Origin: a virus
Lineage: Duplodnaviria > Caudoviricetes
Strand: one strand, 5' to 3'
DNA: 25,672 bases
Virus record (IMG/VR): IMGVR_UViG_3300011442_000027
Coordinates: 1-25,672 of that record
Both the position numbers and the translations under genes were made by a program. The notes beneath the pieces were generated by a model that had not been told where the DNA came from, did no database searches, and was given only the letters and a program-made list of their open reading frames with translations. Position 1 is the stretch's first letter. Every line of letters begins with the position of its first letter. Below, in pieces: positions 24,913 to 25,672 of this stretch.

Positions 24913-25672
24913 TGACTGGTCGTACTGAGAGGCGGTTTGCCTTGTCTCGTCGTACAATGATTCCGTGTCCGGTAGCGGATATTGCGTCATTTGCCGTCAA
25001 TCCTTTCAATGTTTCAACTGACTTGTCCCACAAGTCTGAGGCATCTTTATGTTTAATGTAGTCATCCGCCGCGGACGCCCACATATTGTTGCCTGTCATA
25101 TTGTATTCAATGAGCCTCGACACTCTTTTCAGAGCTAGTGGCTCCTGTTCAACGGGCGGCGTCATATTCCAGACATGCTCCATCAGGCGGAGCGCTCTGG
25201 ACATTAACTCGTCGGCGTACTCTTTGTTATAGTCAACAATCTCGACGCGGGGCTGTCTGCCACCTTCGATCACCGAGAAGGCGCACTTTCGGGTTTCTGT
25301 TACCTCCATTTGCCAGTGGATTTGTGGTTGATAGCGCTCAAGAACCGTATCAAACTTTTCAAATCCAGATACATGCTTACACTCAACCGGCCCCGGTATT
25401 GTCGCGTCGAAGCCATCGAGCGTTGCTGCTGCCCACTCGTAGTGAGGGTGACTAACCACTTCCCCGCGTCGGGTGAGTATTTTTTGTTTGGTCTTTTCGT
25501 ACCAGTCAAGGTTCAAGCTTTCTGTCAAGCTGCCTAGTTGCACGGCCCAGACATCATCGAGGCTCTCTTCCTCATAAGTCGGGTCGCCGCATAGTTCGCG
25601 CCACACGGCCATGATCTTGGCCTTGTCGCCGGTCATTAAAGGGGCCACGCGAGAGGCTGTTAATTTCCCCTC
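24875..25672 (-). CDS. YqaJ/lambda-exonuclease family protein (5' partial)
   Basis: Frame open to the window edge: GKLTASRVAPLM...G..TE...AATLDG...VECKH...YQPQIHWQM (PD-(D/E)xK fold). Confidence 0.9.
   Translation of the reverse strand, partial: EGKLTASRVAPLMTGDKAKIMAVWRELCGDPTYEEESLDDVWAVQLGSLTESLNLDWYEKTKQKILTRRGEVVSHPHYEWAAATLDGFDATIPGPVECKHVSGFEKFDTVLERYQPQIHWQMEVTETRKCAFSVIEGGRQPRVEIVDYNKEYADELMSRALRLMEHVWNMTPPVEQEPLALKRVSRLIEYNMTGNNMWASAADDYIKHKDASDLWDKSVETLKGLTANDAISATGHGIIVRRDKANRLSVRPVNEKSTKRDKDAK

Noticed and set aside
24913-24990. Longer ERF N-terminus from the ORF track
   Set aside because: It would overlap the exonuclease gene by 116 nt and ERF-like sequence starts after 24912; not fully excluded.
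22873-25672. Exonuclease, ERF, SSB-like and HNH cluster as a novel system
   Set aside because: Ordinary phage recombination module.

Overview
The window is a gene-dense segment of a tailed dsDNA phage or prophage, probably podovirus-like and probably infecting Alphaproteobacteria (Hyphomicrobiales inferred from protein styles, not from a database search). The + strand (1-22136) carries the late module: the 3' end of a Gly-rich fibre gene, an 827-aa Trp/Pro/Arg repeat protein, two head-tail adaptor-like genes, a nozzle-like protein, a HExxH (LPD23-like) internal virion protein, a GNAT-like protein, two ejection proteins (1839 and 541 aa), a collar/His-x-His fibre, and a lysis region (GH25 endolysin, holin-like, lipoprotein, CHAP-like and RlpA-like enzymes). 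Two atypical tRNA genes lie on the - strand at 22137-22300. The - strand from 22697 to the end is an early recombination module (YqaJ exonuclease, ERF annealase, SSB-like, HNH). No capsid, terminase, portal, integrase, reverse transcriptase or CRISPR array is visible. The strongest unexplained signals are a shared [FY]-A-x-G-G motif punctuating three internal virion proteins, the ~21-copy Trp repeat protein, a candidate 8/4-fold tRNA-Ser beside a tRNA-Thr with a broken anticodon stem, and hairpins that occlude the start sites of lysis genes. All family assignments come from motif recognition by eye.
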